Assembly: GCA_049523455.1 (NCBI GenBank)
Contig: JBEKMW010000009.1
Span: 6,758-70,757, forward strand
From: Verrucomicrobiota bacterium
Lineage (GTDB): Bacteria > Verrucomicrobiota > Verrucomicrobiia > Limisphaerales > UBA11358
Direction: 5' to 3'
Length of the DNA stretch: 64,000 nucleotides
The notes under the pieces are model-generated. The model did not search any database. It was not told the origin of the DNA and was given only the letters and a program-made list of their open reading frames with translations. The translations under genes were made by a program, and so were the position numbers. How positions within the stretch are numbered: the stretch's first letter is position 1; every line of letters begins with the position of its first letter. Of this stretch, positions 1 to 9,487 are shown piece after piece.

Positions 1-323
1 AAATTAGTGGAAAACTGTACAAACAATACCGCGGCATGGGCAGTTTTGCGGCCATGAAGGCCGGTTCGGCAGCGCGTTACGGCCAGCCGGCCCATGCTAC
101 GCAAAAGGTCGCGGCGGAGGGGATTGAGGCGCTCAAGGAAGCCTGCGGGTCAGTGGACCGGGTGCTGGCCCAGCTCATCGGGAGCATTCAAAGCGGCATG
201 GGTTATCTCGGCGCGGCCAATCTCGCCCAGCTTCAGGAGAAAGCCCGGTACATCCGCGTCAGCCCCGCTGGCCAGCGCGAAGCCGCGCCCCACGACGTCG
301 TCGAATTGAAGACCGGTAACTAG
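1..323 (+). CDS. guaB: IMP dehydrogenase, C-terminal fragment (gene continues upstream of the window)
   Basis: Frame is open from base 3. The translation [17 protein letters not shown]...[19 protein letters not shown]...[16 protein letters not shown] matches the conserved IMPDH C-terminus (YRGMGS, xSGMGYxGA, HDV tail). Confidence 0.9.
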   Translation, partial: ISGKLYKQYRGMGSFAAMKAGSAARYGQPAHATQKVAAEGIEALKEACGSVDRVLAQLIGSIQSGMGYLGAANLAQLQEKARYIRVSPAGQREAAPHDVVELKTGN

Positions 324-327
324 TGGA

Positions 328-1040
328 GTGCGGCGACTTGTCGCCGCTTTCCTCGACGCGACGTGTCGCGTCGAAACAAAGCGCGGACACGTCCGCGCAC
401 TCCCAAAAACCTGCGGCTGGCCAGCCGGTTCATGGGGAGCCTCCTTTCGATCTTTCGCATGCACTGGGACCATGAACCCAGTAGGGACTTCTCCCTCTCC
501 CCGCCAAACGGGGAGGGCCGGGGTGAGGGGTCGTTTTCTGTCTTCTGCCTTCATTGGCTATTGGCTATCGGCTATTGGATGTCGAATGTTCCCCCGGTTC
601 ATGGAAAGCCTCCTTTCGCCTTTGCGCATGCACTGGGACCATGAACCTGACGTAAGCTGCCAGTCTGCCGAACCAGGTTCGCGGGCCACCTGCTGTCCCC
701 TCTCCTATTCCCTCGCCCATTCTGATGGGAGAGGGACAGGGTGAGGGTATTAACTCTGATGGGAGGGGAGAGGGTCAGGGTGAGGTGAGGGTTCCGCCTT
801 CATTGGCTATCGGCTATTGGCTATTGGCTATTGGATGTTCGATGTTCCCCCGGTTCATGGAAAGGGCCGGGGTGAGGAGCCTGATTCTATTTGGAACTTT
901 GAGCCTGCCGATGCCACACGACCCTCCGAATATGAATGCTGCCCGCCTGCCATGCCCTCGCCCATTCGGATGGGAGAGAGGGAGGCCGAAGGCGGGTGAG
1001 GGTGTTAATTCAAATCAGCAATCGGCAATCGGAAATGATC
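328..1040. repeat. Mosaic of intergenic repeat families: palindromes, GGTTCATGG...CCATGAACC hairpins, GGGAGAGGG/GGTGAGGG units and heptamer arrays
   Basis: Three back-to-back palindromes at 330-398. Hairpin copies at 427-478 and 596-647. (ATTGGCT)n-type heptamers at 551-580 and 801-836. (AATCGGC)n at 1013-1040. The ORFs predicted here (328..744, 725..1153 and others) only read through repeats. Confidence 0.85.
330..350 (+). terminator. Possible guaB terminator hairpin (also the first unit of a REP-like palindrome triplet)
   Basis: GCGGCGA (330-336), CTTG loop, TCGCCGC (341-347), followed by TTT. It is followed by the palindromes TCGACGCGAC/GTCGCGTCGA (353-374) and GCGCGGAC/GTCCGCGC (381-398). 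Confidence 0.35.
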
Positions 1041-1092
1041 GACATTCTTCCGGCCCGATGGCACTCTGGGCGCCACCGGCACCAATGCCAGT

Positions 1093-1404
1093 GTGCTCGC
1101 CGCCTACTCGGATGCCGACGCGCGCGCCATCTTCGCCGCGCGCGCCAAATTGAATGGCAAATTTGTCCCGCTCAAAATCGCTTTCACGCCGGCCATTCGC
1201 ACCACCTGGCGCCAGCTCATCCGCTGGCGCCTCCGCGAGTGCGGCGGCACAGCCACCCTCGAACAGCTTTACGAACTGGCGGCCGGCCATCCCAAGCTCG
1301 CCGCCAATCCCAACTGGCAGGCCAAGATCCGCCAGCAGGTCCAGCGCGAAGCCGACCGCGTCGGCCCCGCGCTCTGGAAACAACGCTTCCTTTTGCCCGC
1401 ATGA
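1093..1404 (+). CDS. Hypothetical small protein, possibly with a winged-helix-like C-terminus
   Basis: GTG-started 103-aa ORF with strong GC3 bias. Contains ...GGTATLEQLYELAAGHPKLAANPNWQAKIRQQVQ.... No family recognised with certainty. Confidence 0.5.
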   Translation: MLAAYSDADARAIFAARAKLNGKFVPLKIAFTPAIRTTWRQLIRWRLRECGGTATLEQLYELAAGHPKLAANPNWQAKIRQQVQREADRVGPALWKQRFLLPA

Positions 1405-1478
1405 AAATGACCCAAGTGCAATGGATTCTCGCCTGCAGCGCGATGTTGTTAGCAGCAAAATCGTCACAGCTCAAATCC

Positions 1479-1652
1479 TCATGGCTTGGGGTCATCGTGC
1501 AACTTGTGCGCAATCTCCTCTGCCGCGCCAGCTATCCGCTCCGATGCTTTGACCAACCGGCTCAAAAGAATGACCAAAAAAACCGCCAAAGCAATCATGC
1601 CGACATAAATGAGAAGCACGAATAAAACCCAAATAAATCCTGACATCATCAT
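1479..1652 (-). CDS. Small (57 aa) single-pass membrane protein, hypothetical
   Basis: Hand-translated, below the ORF-track size cutoff: MMMSGFIWVLFVLLIYVGMIALAVFLVILLSRLVKASERIAGAAEEIAHKLHDDPKP. One clear TM helix. Confidence 0.35.
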   Translation of the reverse strand: MMMSGFIWVLFVLLIYVGMIALAVFLVILLSRLVKASERIAGAAEEIAHKLHDDPKP

Positions 1653-1694
1653 ATCTTGCCTTTTGTGTTGTGGTTAACTTTGCGTGTGTCTTGT

Positions 1695-1776
1695 TGCCTA
1701 ACGTTCCAATATAGGTAATCCGAAGTTATTCACCGGCGGGGCGGTGGGCCGAAGGAAATCCCCCGCCGCGCCGACG
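1695..1776. repeat. About 82-bp repeat, copy A (an inverted copy lies at 16918-17000)
   Basis: TGCCTAACGTTCCAATATAGGTAATCCGAAGTTATTCACCGGCGGGGCGGTGGGCCGAAGGAAATCCCCCGCCGCGCCGACGAG is, with a few mismatches, the reverse complement of 16918-17000. Contains a GGCGGGG...CCCCGCC stem. Confidence 0.85.
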
Positions 1777-1840
1777 AGAAGGGGTCGGTCAATAGTAATA
1801 TAGTATTTTAGTATTGACGATCGGGAATTAATTTTGCAGG

Positions 1841-2785
1841 ATGACAACCATGGCGCGGAAGCTGCGAGTGGAGTATGGCGGGGCGATTTATCATGTGATC
1901 AACCGCGGGGACCGGCGCGAACCCATCTTCAAGGATGACGAGGACCGGCGCCGTTTTCTGGCGACCCTGGGCGAAGCCTGTGCCAAAACCGACTGGCAGG
2001 TTCATGCGTTCTGCTTGATGCCCAACCATTTTCATTTAGTGGTCGAGACGCCCCAAGCGAACCTGGCGGCGGGGATGAAATGGTTTCTGGGGACCTACAC
2101 CAGCCGATTCAACCGGCGGCACAAACTGTTTGGCCATTTGTTCAGTGGTCGTTACAAGGCATTGATTGTGGATGGCAGTGGCAGCGGTTATCTGAAGACC
2201 GTCTGTGATTATGTGCATTTGAACCCGGTGCGAGCCCGGTTGCTCAAGGCGGAACAATCGCTGGGGGAGTATCGCTGGAGCAGTTGGCCCGAATACCTAA
2301 ACCGTCCGGGGCGGCGGCCGGCATGGTTGCGCGTGGACCGGTTGCTGGGTGAATATCGCGTGCCACGGGACAGTGCGGCGGGTCGGCGGCATCTGGCCGA
2401 GGCGTTGGAACAGCGCCGTGGGGCGGAAGCTGGCGACGCGTTCAAAGCGATCCGGCGAGGCTGGTTTTTCGGCAGCCCGGAGTTGAAGCAGGAATTGCTG
2501 GCGGCAATGTCGGAGCGGACGGGCCGATGGCATTATGGGGAGGCGGTGCAGGAGTCGTCGGTGGCCAGGGCGGAGCGTATGGTCCGGCAAGAAATGGGCC
2601 GGCGGAAATGGGATGAAGCGACCTTGGCTGCGCGGCGCAAAGGCGATGCCCAGAAGGTGGCCATGGCGCGGCGATTGCGGCGCGAGACGACGGTGACAGT
2701 GGCTTGGATAGCGGAACGGCTACGGATGGGAACCCCGACCTACCTGGCGCATTTGCTGTACTGGAACCGACGCAATGAAAAATAG
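1841..2785 (+). CDS. REP-associated tyrosine transposase (RAYT, IS200/Y1-like) with a C-terminal DnaA-type HTH tail
   Basis: N-terminal YHVINRG...HAFCLMPNHFHLVVETP (HuH motif) ...GHLFSGRYKA (catalytic Tyr region) ...YVHLNPVRA. C-terminus RRLRRETTVTVAWIAERLRMGT. Confidence 0.85.
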   Translation: MTTMARKLRVEYGGAIYHVINRGDRREPIFKDDEDRRRFLATLGEACAKTDWQVHAFCLMPNHFHLVVETPQANLAAGMKWFLGTYTSRFNRRHKLFGHLFSGRYKALIVDGSGSGYLKTVCDYVHLNPVRARLLKAEQSLGEYRWSSWPEYLNRPGRRPAWLRVDRLLGEYRVPRDSAAGRRHLAEALEQRRGAEAGDAFKAIRRGWFFGSPELKQELLAAMSERTGRWHYGEAVQESSVARAERMVRQEMGRRKWDEATLAARRKGDAQKVAMARRLRRETTVTVAWIAERLRMGTPTYLAHLLYWNRRNEK

Positions 2786-2915
2786 CATTATACCATTGAC
2801 CGACTCCCTCACATTCTGTCCCGCCCCCTGGCTGACGCCGTCCACCCGCGGCACAAATTCGTAACGTTTGGATTTCTGCATCCTACCTTCTGCCTTCTGC
2901 CTTTGTTCCGGCGGG

Positions 2916-4733
2916 TCAGGGCGAGAGTTGGCGCTGGCGGTCGGACAGGAACATTCCCGAACGAGAGGGCAGCACCGTGGTATTCTTGAGGGGGAAGCCG
3001 GGGGGAATATGGTTCAATGCGCCGGCTTGCAGCAAAAAGCGTCCCCAACTGTTGGGGGCGGCCAGGGCCATATCAGAATAGAACTTGCTGTCGAGGGTTT
3101 TGGTGGTGAGGTAAAGGCCCTGGACCGGTTTCAAGTATGTGTCGCTGAGGGCGTTGAAGTCGTCCTGGGCGTTCGCGGTGAGCCAGACGCATTCATGGCG
3201 GCCATACCACGCCACCGCCCAGGGGATGTCGCTCATCAGCAGTTCATTCTCACCCATTGCCCCGGAAATCTGCTGGATGTCCGGCGGGTAATACGGTGGA
3301 AAGGCCAATGGGGAAGCCTTGACCAACAGCGTAAAGACCATGGGCAGCCAGCATAACGCGACGAACAGAATGATGACGGCGTAATGCAACTGCACCAGCG
3401 GGAGCTTCATCTGCTCGAGGAACACCTGGAAGATAACCACGCCGTATATGAACACCAGCGGCGCAGCCAAAACGATCAGGTTGTCCGCGCTCACGTCCGT
3501 GGCCTCATCCGCCGGCCCGGTACGGCCGAAGGCTTGAAAAATAATGAGCATGCCGAGGCTCATCAACAAAAAGTAGCGCATCCGCCTGGGCGCCATGCTG
3601 CGGAACCCCAGCAGCAAACCGGCGAGGAACAACATGCTGGCCCAGTTCCCGCCCAGCTTGGGCAGGCCGCCTTCAAAAATGTCGCGGATATTGACGAGCC
3701 CCTTGTGCAAAACTGCCGCCGGTGAAAAGACCGAGGCCAGGTTCGGCTGTGCCGAACGTTCCAGGATGGTCGCCGGGAAGGTGGCGCCGGCAGCCATGGC
3801 ATAGCCAGCCGTGCCGAACGGCGTGCCGCTGACCGCCAAATTTCTTATTACCCAAGGCATCAGCACCAACAAAAATGCCGCCAACGCAACGAAGGCATGC
3901 GGCACCCGCCGCGGCCCGCCGAACAGAATCAGGAACACCACGACTGGAATGATCAACCCGCCAAACGAATAGCGGGTGAGGGCGCCCACGCCGGTGAGCG
4001 CGCCGGCCGCCGCGACCCAACCAAGCAATCGCCCGCCACCTGGCGTTTCCCGCGCCAAGGCTTCGATTCTCCAGATGCACCATGCCAGCCCCAGGAAAAG
4101 GACGATCAGCATCATCGTGGAGAGGCCGGACAGGCTGAACTGCCAAAGCTGGGCACAGCCGAACACCAGCACCGTCGAGATCCAGGCAACCGTGGAGTCA
4201 AACAGTTTTCGCGCCAGGAGGAAGGTGAGGACCACGACCACCATCAAGAGCAGTTCATTGAAGATATCCATGAGAAATTCCGGCTGGTAACGCTGGAAGC
4301 GTCCGCTGTCCGACCAGAAGGGCTTGGAGGTCTCCGCGTTGAAATTGAAGGGCAGAAGCTTCATCAAGCCGGCCAGCACCGTGGGATACACCGGCGGGTT
4401 GGCCAGGTCCGGATGCCCGGTCTGAATGTGTGCGAAGTCCGTGCCGGGAGCCGACTGGCTGCCCGCGCTTCTGGCCTCATTATGGGTCTGGACCAGATAG
4501 AGGCTGAACGGGCGGATGAACAACGTCGTGTAACCCTTTCCCTGTGCCAGGTTTCTGGCCACTTGCGCCGCGTCCATGGCTTCCGGCGCCGAGAAGTCGC
4601 GCAGCGCGCGCAAGTCCCACAGCAAACCCATGCCCACAACCGCCAGGATGACCAGCGCCACGCGCATGACGCGCGCTCCCATCCCGGTTTCGAGTTGGTT
4701 AATGAGTTCCTGGAGCGATCCGCCGATATGCAT
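2916..4733 (-). CDS. Polytopic membrane glycosyltransferase, GT-C fold (family 39/83, ArnT/PMT-like)
   Basis: 605 aa, more than 10 predicted TM segments, first-loop motif PEAMDAAQVARNLAQGKGYTT. Lies 3 nt downstream of the response regulator gene. Confidence 0.6.
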   Translation of the reverse strand: MHIGGSLQELINQLETGMGARVMRVALVILAVVGMGLLWDLRALRDFSAPEAMDAAQVARNLAQGKGYTTLFIRPFSLYLVQTHNEARSAGSQSAPGTDFAHIQTGHPDLANPPVYPTVLAGLMKLLPFNFNAETSKPFWSDSGRFQRYQPEFLMDIFNELLLMVVVVLTFLLARKLFDSTVAWISTVLVFGCAQLWQFSLSGLSTMMLIVLFLGLAWCIWRIEALARETPGGGRLLGWVAAAGALTGVGALTRYSFGGLIIPVVVFLILFGGPRRVPHAFVALAAFLLVLMPWVIRNLAVSGTPFGTAGYAMAAGATFPATILERSAQPNLASVFSPAAVLHKGLVNIRDIFEGGLPKLGGNWASMLFLAGLLLGFRSMAPRRMRYFLLMSLGMLIIFQAFGRTGPADEATDVSADNLIVLAAPLVFIYGVVIFQVFLEQMKLPLVQLHYAVIILFVALCWLPMVFTLLVKASPLAFPPYYPPDIQQISGAMGENELLMSDIPWAVAWYGRHECVWLTANAQDDFNALSDTYLKPVQGLYLTTKTLDSKFYSDMALAAPNSWGRFLLQAGALNHIPPGFPLKNTTVLPSRSGMFLSDRQRQLSP

Positions 4734-4736
4734 AGT

Positions 4737-6101
4737 TTAAAAGTCTTCCAGATGATACGCGTGTAATTTGCGATGGAACGTGCGTCGGCTCATACCGATT
4801 TTTTGCGCCGCCAGTGTGCGGTTGCCGCCGGTATCTTTCAAGGCGCGAATGATTAATTGTTTTTCCGCGTCTTTGACGGTCAAATCATTGGCCGGCAGCA
4901 TGGGCGCTTGCGCCACCGGGGCCACCCGCTCCGCCGCCAGGTGTCGCGGCAGGTCACGCGCCGTGATTTTGTCGCCGCGGCAGAGCACGACCGCGTGCTC
5001 GATGGCGGTGCGCAGCTCGCGCACATTGCCCGGCCAGGAGTAATTCATGAGCCGCGCCACCGCGTCGCTGGTAAAATCCTTCACCGGCTTGTGGTTTTCG
5101 TCCGCAAACTCGCGCAAAAAACTTTGTGCCAGCAGCGGAATGTCGTCCGTGCGCTCGCGCAAGGGCGGCAGGTGGATTTCCACGACGCGCAACCTGAAAA
5201 ACAGGTCTTCACGGAATCTGCCCGCCTTCACCTCTGCTTCCAGATCGCGATTGCTGGCGGTCACCACCCGCACGTCCGCCGTCAGCGTTTTGTTCGACCC
5301 GACCCGTTCAAACGTGCGTTCGCCGAGAAAGCGCAGCAGTTTCACCTGCAGTGCCGCGTCAATTTCCCCAATTTCGTCGAGAAACAACGTGCCGCCCTCG
5401 GCCTGCTCGAAACGCCCGATCCGCCGCTCGTGCGCTCCGGTAAAAGCGCCCTTTTCGTGGCCGAACAATTCGCTTTCCAGCAGGGTCGGCGCCAGGGCGG
5501 TGCAATGGACCGCCACCAGCGGCTGCCGGGCGCGGGGACTGAGTTGATGGATGGCCCGCGCCACGAGCTCCTTGCCGGTGCCGCTTTCGCCGGTGAGCAA
5601 CACCGTCGCTCGCGTCGGCGCCACCTGCTGAACTGTCTCCAGCAACTCCTGCATGGCCGGCGATTGGCCGATCAGGTTTTTCAGACCGAACCGGGAATCC
5701 AGTTGCTGGCGGAGCGAAACATTTTCCGATTCCAGGTTCTGCCGGCGCAACGCGCGGGCGATGCGCATCTCCAATTCATCTATCTGCATCCGGCCCTTGG
5801 CGATGTAATCATCCGCGCCGCGCTTCATCGCGTCCACCGCCAGTTCCTCCGAGCCGTAGGCGGTCATCAGAATGCAAATGGGCGGCCGGGCCAGCGATTT
5901 CGCCCGCGTTATGAGTTTGAGGCCGTCTTCGGTGGGCAACCGAAAATCCGTGAGCAGCACGTCGAAGTTTTCGCCTTCGAGCAGCTCCATGGCTGCCTTC
6001 GCGTCGTCGGCCACATAGACATCGTAGCGGTCCTCCAGTGCCGCGCGCAGTCCGTCGCGCGTCGGTTTTTCGTCGTCCACTATCAGCAAGGTTGGCTTCA
6101 T
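4737..6101 (-). CDS. Sigma-54-dependent Fis-family response regulator (NtrC class)
   Basis: Receiver domain (LIVDDE...D), AAA+ GESGTGKE, ESELFGHEKGAFTGA, C-terminal Fis HTH (GNRTLAAQKIGMSRRTF). Confidence 0.93.
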   Translation of the reverse strand: MKPTLLIVDDEKPTRDGLRAALEDRYDVYVADDAKAAMELLEGENFDVLLTDFRLPTEDGLKLITRAKSLARPPICILMTAYGSEELAVDAMKRGADDYIAKGRMQIDELEMRIARALRRQNLESENVSLRQQLDSRFGLKNLIGQSPAMQELLETVQQVAPTRATVLLTGESGTGKELVARAIHQLSPRARQPLVAVHCTALAPTLLESELFGHEKGAFTGAHERRIGRFEQAEGGTLFLDEIGEIDAALQVKLLRFLGERTFERVGSNKTLTADVRVVTASNRDLEAEVKAGRFREDLFFRLRVVEIHLPPLRERTDDIPLLAQSFLREFADENHKPVKDFTSDAVARLMNYSWPGNVRELRTAIEHAVVLCRGDKITARDLPRHLAAERVAPVAQAPMLPANDLTVKDAEKQLIIRALKDTGGNRTLAAQKIGMSRRTFHRKLHAYHLEDF

Positions 6102-6254
6102 CGGCGATTTACGATTTATAATTTATCCACCCTCCCTGGCAGACTACTGCCCAGGACGGGCGATTTACGCGAGGTGAGGTTTTGGGGTGCGGCGGCAGTG
6201 CGCTCTGCGCCCCCCCCCTGTCCGCCGCAAGTGGGCGATATTGGGCGATATTGG

Positions 6255-7496
6255 TCAGTCATGGGTGGAGGCTTCCAGCAACCGGGGTTTGCGCTCGTGC
6301 AAAGGCAGCCAGATGCGGAAGCTGGTGCCGCGACCGACGCGGCTTTCCAGTTCAATGCGGCCGCCGTGGGCGCGCACGATCCGTTGCACAATCATCAACC
6401 CCAGGCCGGTGCCTTTCTTCCGGGTGGTGTAGAAAGGCTCAAAAATACGGCTGATTTGCTCCGGTGGGATCCCACCGCCGGTGTCGCCCACGCTCACCCA
6501 CACGCCGTCGTCGGTCTCGCCGGTTTGCAAGCTCAGCGTGCCGCCGCGTGTCATGGCGTGCAGGGCGTTTTTGACCAGGTTCACCAGGACCTGCTGCATC
6601 TGCGTGGGGTCTATCGGCGTGGCCGTCAATTGCCGCGCCAACCGGGTCTTCACCGCAATATCGCGGTTCTCAATTTCCGGCCGCAACAAATCCAGCGTGG
6701 TTTCCACCACGTCGTTCAGCGACGCGATCTTCAATTGCAGGGGGGCGGGCCGGATGGCGCCGAGGAACTGGGTAACAATGTAGTCCAACCGCGCAATTTC
6801 ACCTTTGGCCACCTCGAGATACCGCGACAGTTTGAGCGCGGATTCAGCCGTGGAACGGGCTTCCAGCCGGTCGGGTTCGCGGGTCTTTCCGGAGATCGCC
6901 GGCGCCGGCCCCGCCGTCAGCTTCTTCAACTCGCGTTCCATGAGCTGCAGGTGAATATGCAGGGCGTTGAGCGGATTGCCGATTTCATGCGCTACGCTCG
7001 CCGCCAGCAGTGTGAGCGCCTGCACGCGCTCGCTTTCGATGGCGGCAAACGTCTGCTGCCGCGCCTCCGTGGCGTCCTGAAAAATCAACGCTACGCCGGC
7101 GGTGCCGGCCGCTTCGCCGTCGAGCGGCGCCGCGTAGAGCCGCAGGATACGGGGACGCGGATAGTGAATTTCAAATTCGTGGCGCACCACGCGCTGGCCG
7201 CCGCGGGCATCCGGCCGGGAAATTCTCTCCCAATCCATCTCCGGCAATAGCGTCGAGATGTGCCGGCCTTCCACATCCGGTTGCAGTCCGATCAGCCGGG
7301 TAACGGCCTGATTGAAGTAGATGACCTCCCCCTTCTCGTCCACCACCAGCACGCCATCTTCGATGGTATTGAACAGCGTCTCCAGGAAACTGCGCTCGCG
7401 CGCCAGCCGCTGGACCACCGTCTGGAGGCCTTCGGTGTCCAGCCGGCTGATCCGGCCAAGCACTTTGTCGAGAAAACTGGATTTGGGCACTGGCAT
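6255..7496 (-). CDS. PAS-domain sensor histidine kinase (NtrB-like)
   Basis: PAS region, H-box SVAHEIGNPLNAL, N-box LVNLVKNALHA, G-boxes DTGGGI and GTGLGL. Confidence 0.92.
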   Translation of the reverse strand: MPVPKSSFLDKVLGRISRLDTEGLQTVVQRLARERSFLETLFNTIEDGVLVVDEKGEVIYFNQAVTRLIGLQPDVEGRHISTLLPEMDWERISRPDARGGQRVVRHEFEIHYPRPRILRLYAAPLDGEAAGTAGVALIFQDATEARQQTFAAIESERVQALTLLAASVAHEIGNPLNALHIHLQLMERELKKLTAGPAPAISGKTREPDRLEARSTAESALKLSRYLEVAKGEIARLDYIVTQFLGAIRPAPLQLKIASLNDVVETTLDLLRPEIENRDIAVKTRLARQLTATPIDPTQMQQVLVNLVKNALHAMTRGGTLSLQTGETDDGVWVSVGDTGGGIPPEQISRIFEPFYTTRKKGTGLGLMIVQRIVRAHGGRIELESRVGRGTSFRIWLPLHERKPRLLEASTHD

Positions 7497-7500
7497 TGCA
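7485..7500 (+). promoter_or_regulatory. Near-consensus sigma-54 (-24/-12) promoter-like motif with no obvious downstream gene
   Basis: GGGCAC-TGGCA-TTGCA compared with the consensus TGGCAC-N5-TTGCA. GG-N10-GC spacing is exact. It overlaps the start codon of the kinase gene on the opposite strand. Confidence 0.3.
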
Positions 7501-7971
7501 AAAAATCAACGAAACGCACCTGCAAAACAGAGTGTCAATTTGGCGCAAATCTGGAATTCGTCAATGGCAAAAGCAGCCAATGGCACAGTGTCATGGCACG
7601 CCGAATTTCAGGGTCAGCCGGAAAACCCAAGTTGGCACAGCGCGTTTTGCCTCATTGCGTCGTAGCGCGGGCATCCAGCCTGCTGTATCGCCGATTTCCA
7701 ATCGGCAGCGCTCGAGACTCTATTGGGCTTGGGGAGATTCTGCCGTGGTATCCGCCACCGCATGAAGCTATGGCGGGAGAACCACCGTCACGACTCGTCG
7801 CGCCGTAGCTTCGACGCGAAGGCGGAGGCGGGCACTTGTCCGGTCGTAGCCTTGGCGAAGACCGAAGGCGCTGGGATGTCTCGTCGCGTCGAAGCGCAGC
7901 GTAGGCGGATGAGTTGTAAGCGGCCGGTGAACTACCCTGACTGGATGGCACAAGAGCTGATGGCAGGAGGA

Positions 7972-8226
7972 TTAGGACTGGCGGGCAGCTTTACGTTTTG
8001 CGCTGAGCCAGGCTGCAGGCGTGAGGGATTTGACTTCGGAGGTCTTGGCCTTGGGCAAACGCTCAAAGACATCCTGGAGATATTCGGCAGGATTGATGCC
8101 CAAGCGCCGACAACTGCCCAGCACTGAGTAGATCACGGCGCTGCGCTGGCCGGCCTCGGCATGGCCAATGTTGGCCGGTCCATTTGTTTTTTCCACAATG
8201 CGCCGAAGGTGTTCCATGGGTGGCAA
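7972..8226 (-). pseudogene. IS66-family transposase, C-terminal remnant only
   Basis: ...GHAEAGQRSAVIYSVLGSCRRLGINPAEYLQDVFERLP...LTPAAW matches the conserved IS66 TnpC tail (AG-ERsAviYSLi-tck-gvnP-aYL-dVl-rl). The catalytic body is absent. Confidence 0.75.
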
Positions 8227-8356
8227 TCCCTCGAGGCACTTTTCAACCGCCGTTTACAATTAAGACCAGCCACGAAAAGCATGAGCACGGTCACGATAAG
8301 AACTATTCTTTTCTCTTTAGGATTATCCTGAATTGTTTGTTTATTGATGGTTGGAA

Positions 8357-9445
8357 TTAGTCAGAATTCATGGGAATAACCGAAGCAAAGATGGCCACCT
8401 TGTTTAGAACCATGAGTTGTTGTTTTGTAATGTTACTACCCACAAGGTCAATAGTCACAGCGGATGACAAAGTGAGTCCATCATCAGTTCCATCGTCCTT
8501 GATGGTGTCTTTATACTTCATTGTTCCATTTAACCCTGGCACAGAGGTATTGCTTGTGAAAAATGCCGACTCGTCCGTTGGTGCAGCAAATGCACCAGAA
8601 GCATCGGGAGCAGGTTCATTAACACGAATATCGTATTCATACTGCCCGAGTCCATTGATTTTACGTTGAGCATTTTTTACCCAGCGAATAGTTCCAGTTA
8701 CACGGTCAATTTTGACCACGCTGTTATCGGCATATTGCACAGTGAAGTTGTTGAAGAACCAACAATTCTTATCATAATCATACAGCATTTGACCATTGAC
8801 GGTAACTGGTTGATAGATTTGAACTGGTCCTTCTGCAAGGACAACGTTGTGAAATTCCATCTTATCATATCTTTTCAATGAGACAGTCATGGGTTTTCCA
8901 TTGACAAGACGATTGATATTTACGGTTTCACGAATTGTATCAGTCCAATTGGCGGGGCGAACGAGTGGTTTGCCTGCCGCTTGCCCGCTAAACTTGCTGG
9001 TGAATCCCCCTGCACTACCCATCGGGAGAATGTCAATGACAAGTGAACTCTTATCATAATCATAGACACCATCGGACGTGATTGGCACAATGCCATACAT
9101 ACGGCCAATATTGCGGGTTTGTGAGGGATTAGCCGGATTAACCACATCACAGTCAACGTCATATTTCAGAGTGCGGGGCTGAGTGACAGACTTGCTGAAC
9201 ATACCCTCAATAATTTGTGGGCTGTCAGTCATCTTGCCGTGGAATACCACACTATTTGCCACGTTGAGGTTGATCTCATAGACATCTTGGATACGCTTCG
9301 TGCCAGCGGGATTCTGGTGCGTGTTATACGTGATATTCATCGTTCCCCTGATGAATAAATTGGTATTGGCATTGGTTTGTGCAGTGGCAATAGAGGCAAT
9401 TGCCATAAGTGCAGGGGCAATAGATAGAAGTGATTTACTTTTCAT
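8357..9445 (-). CDS. Secreted protein of unknown family (signal peptide, beta-rich)
   Basis: MKSKSLLSIAPALMAIASIATAQT signal peptide. 362 aa, rich in N/T/V/Y. No motif I recognise. Confidence 0.8.
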   Translation of the reverse strand: MKSKSLLSIAPALMAIASIATAQTNANTNLFIRGTMNITYNTHQNPAGTKRIQDVYEINLNVANSVVFHGKMTDSPQIIEGMFSKSVTQPRTLKYDVDCDVVNPANPSQTRNIGRMYGIVPITSDGVYDYDKSSLVIDILPMGSAGGFTSKFSGQAAGKPLVRPANWTDTIRETVNINRLVNGKPMTVSLKRYDKMEFHNVVLAEGPVQIYQPVTVNGQMLYDYDKNCWFFNNFTVQYADNSVVKIDRVTGTIRWVKNAQRKINGLGQYEYDIRVNEPAPDASGAFAAPTDESAFFTSNTSVPGLNGTMKYKDTIKDDGTDDGLTLSSAVTIDLVGSNITKQQLMVLNKVAIFASVIPMNSD

Positions 9446-9487
9446 AGTAATGTATTGGATGTTGTGTTAGTTAGTTCATAGTAGATA

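Noticed and set aside
328-1625. ORFs 328..744, 363..644, 725..1153, 817..999 and 936..1625
   Set aside because: They are read-through translations of repeat DNA (hairpins, heptamers, GGGAGAGGG units). The same peptides would appear wherever the repeats occur.
4857-7250. 797-aa plus-strand ORF
   Set aside because: It lies antisense to the clearly recognisable response-regulator and histidine-kinase genes. The composition is Arg/Ala/Gly-rich, typical of shadow ORFs in high-GC DNA, and there are no motifs.
8228-8356. Possible extra mini-TM ORF (…IVLIVTVLMLFVAGL…) at the left edge of the low-GC island
   Set aside because: There is no clean start codon, and the frame runs into the IS66 fragment in a different frame. 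The evidence is too weak to call.
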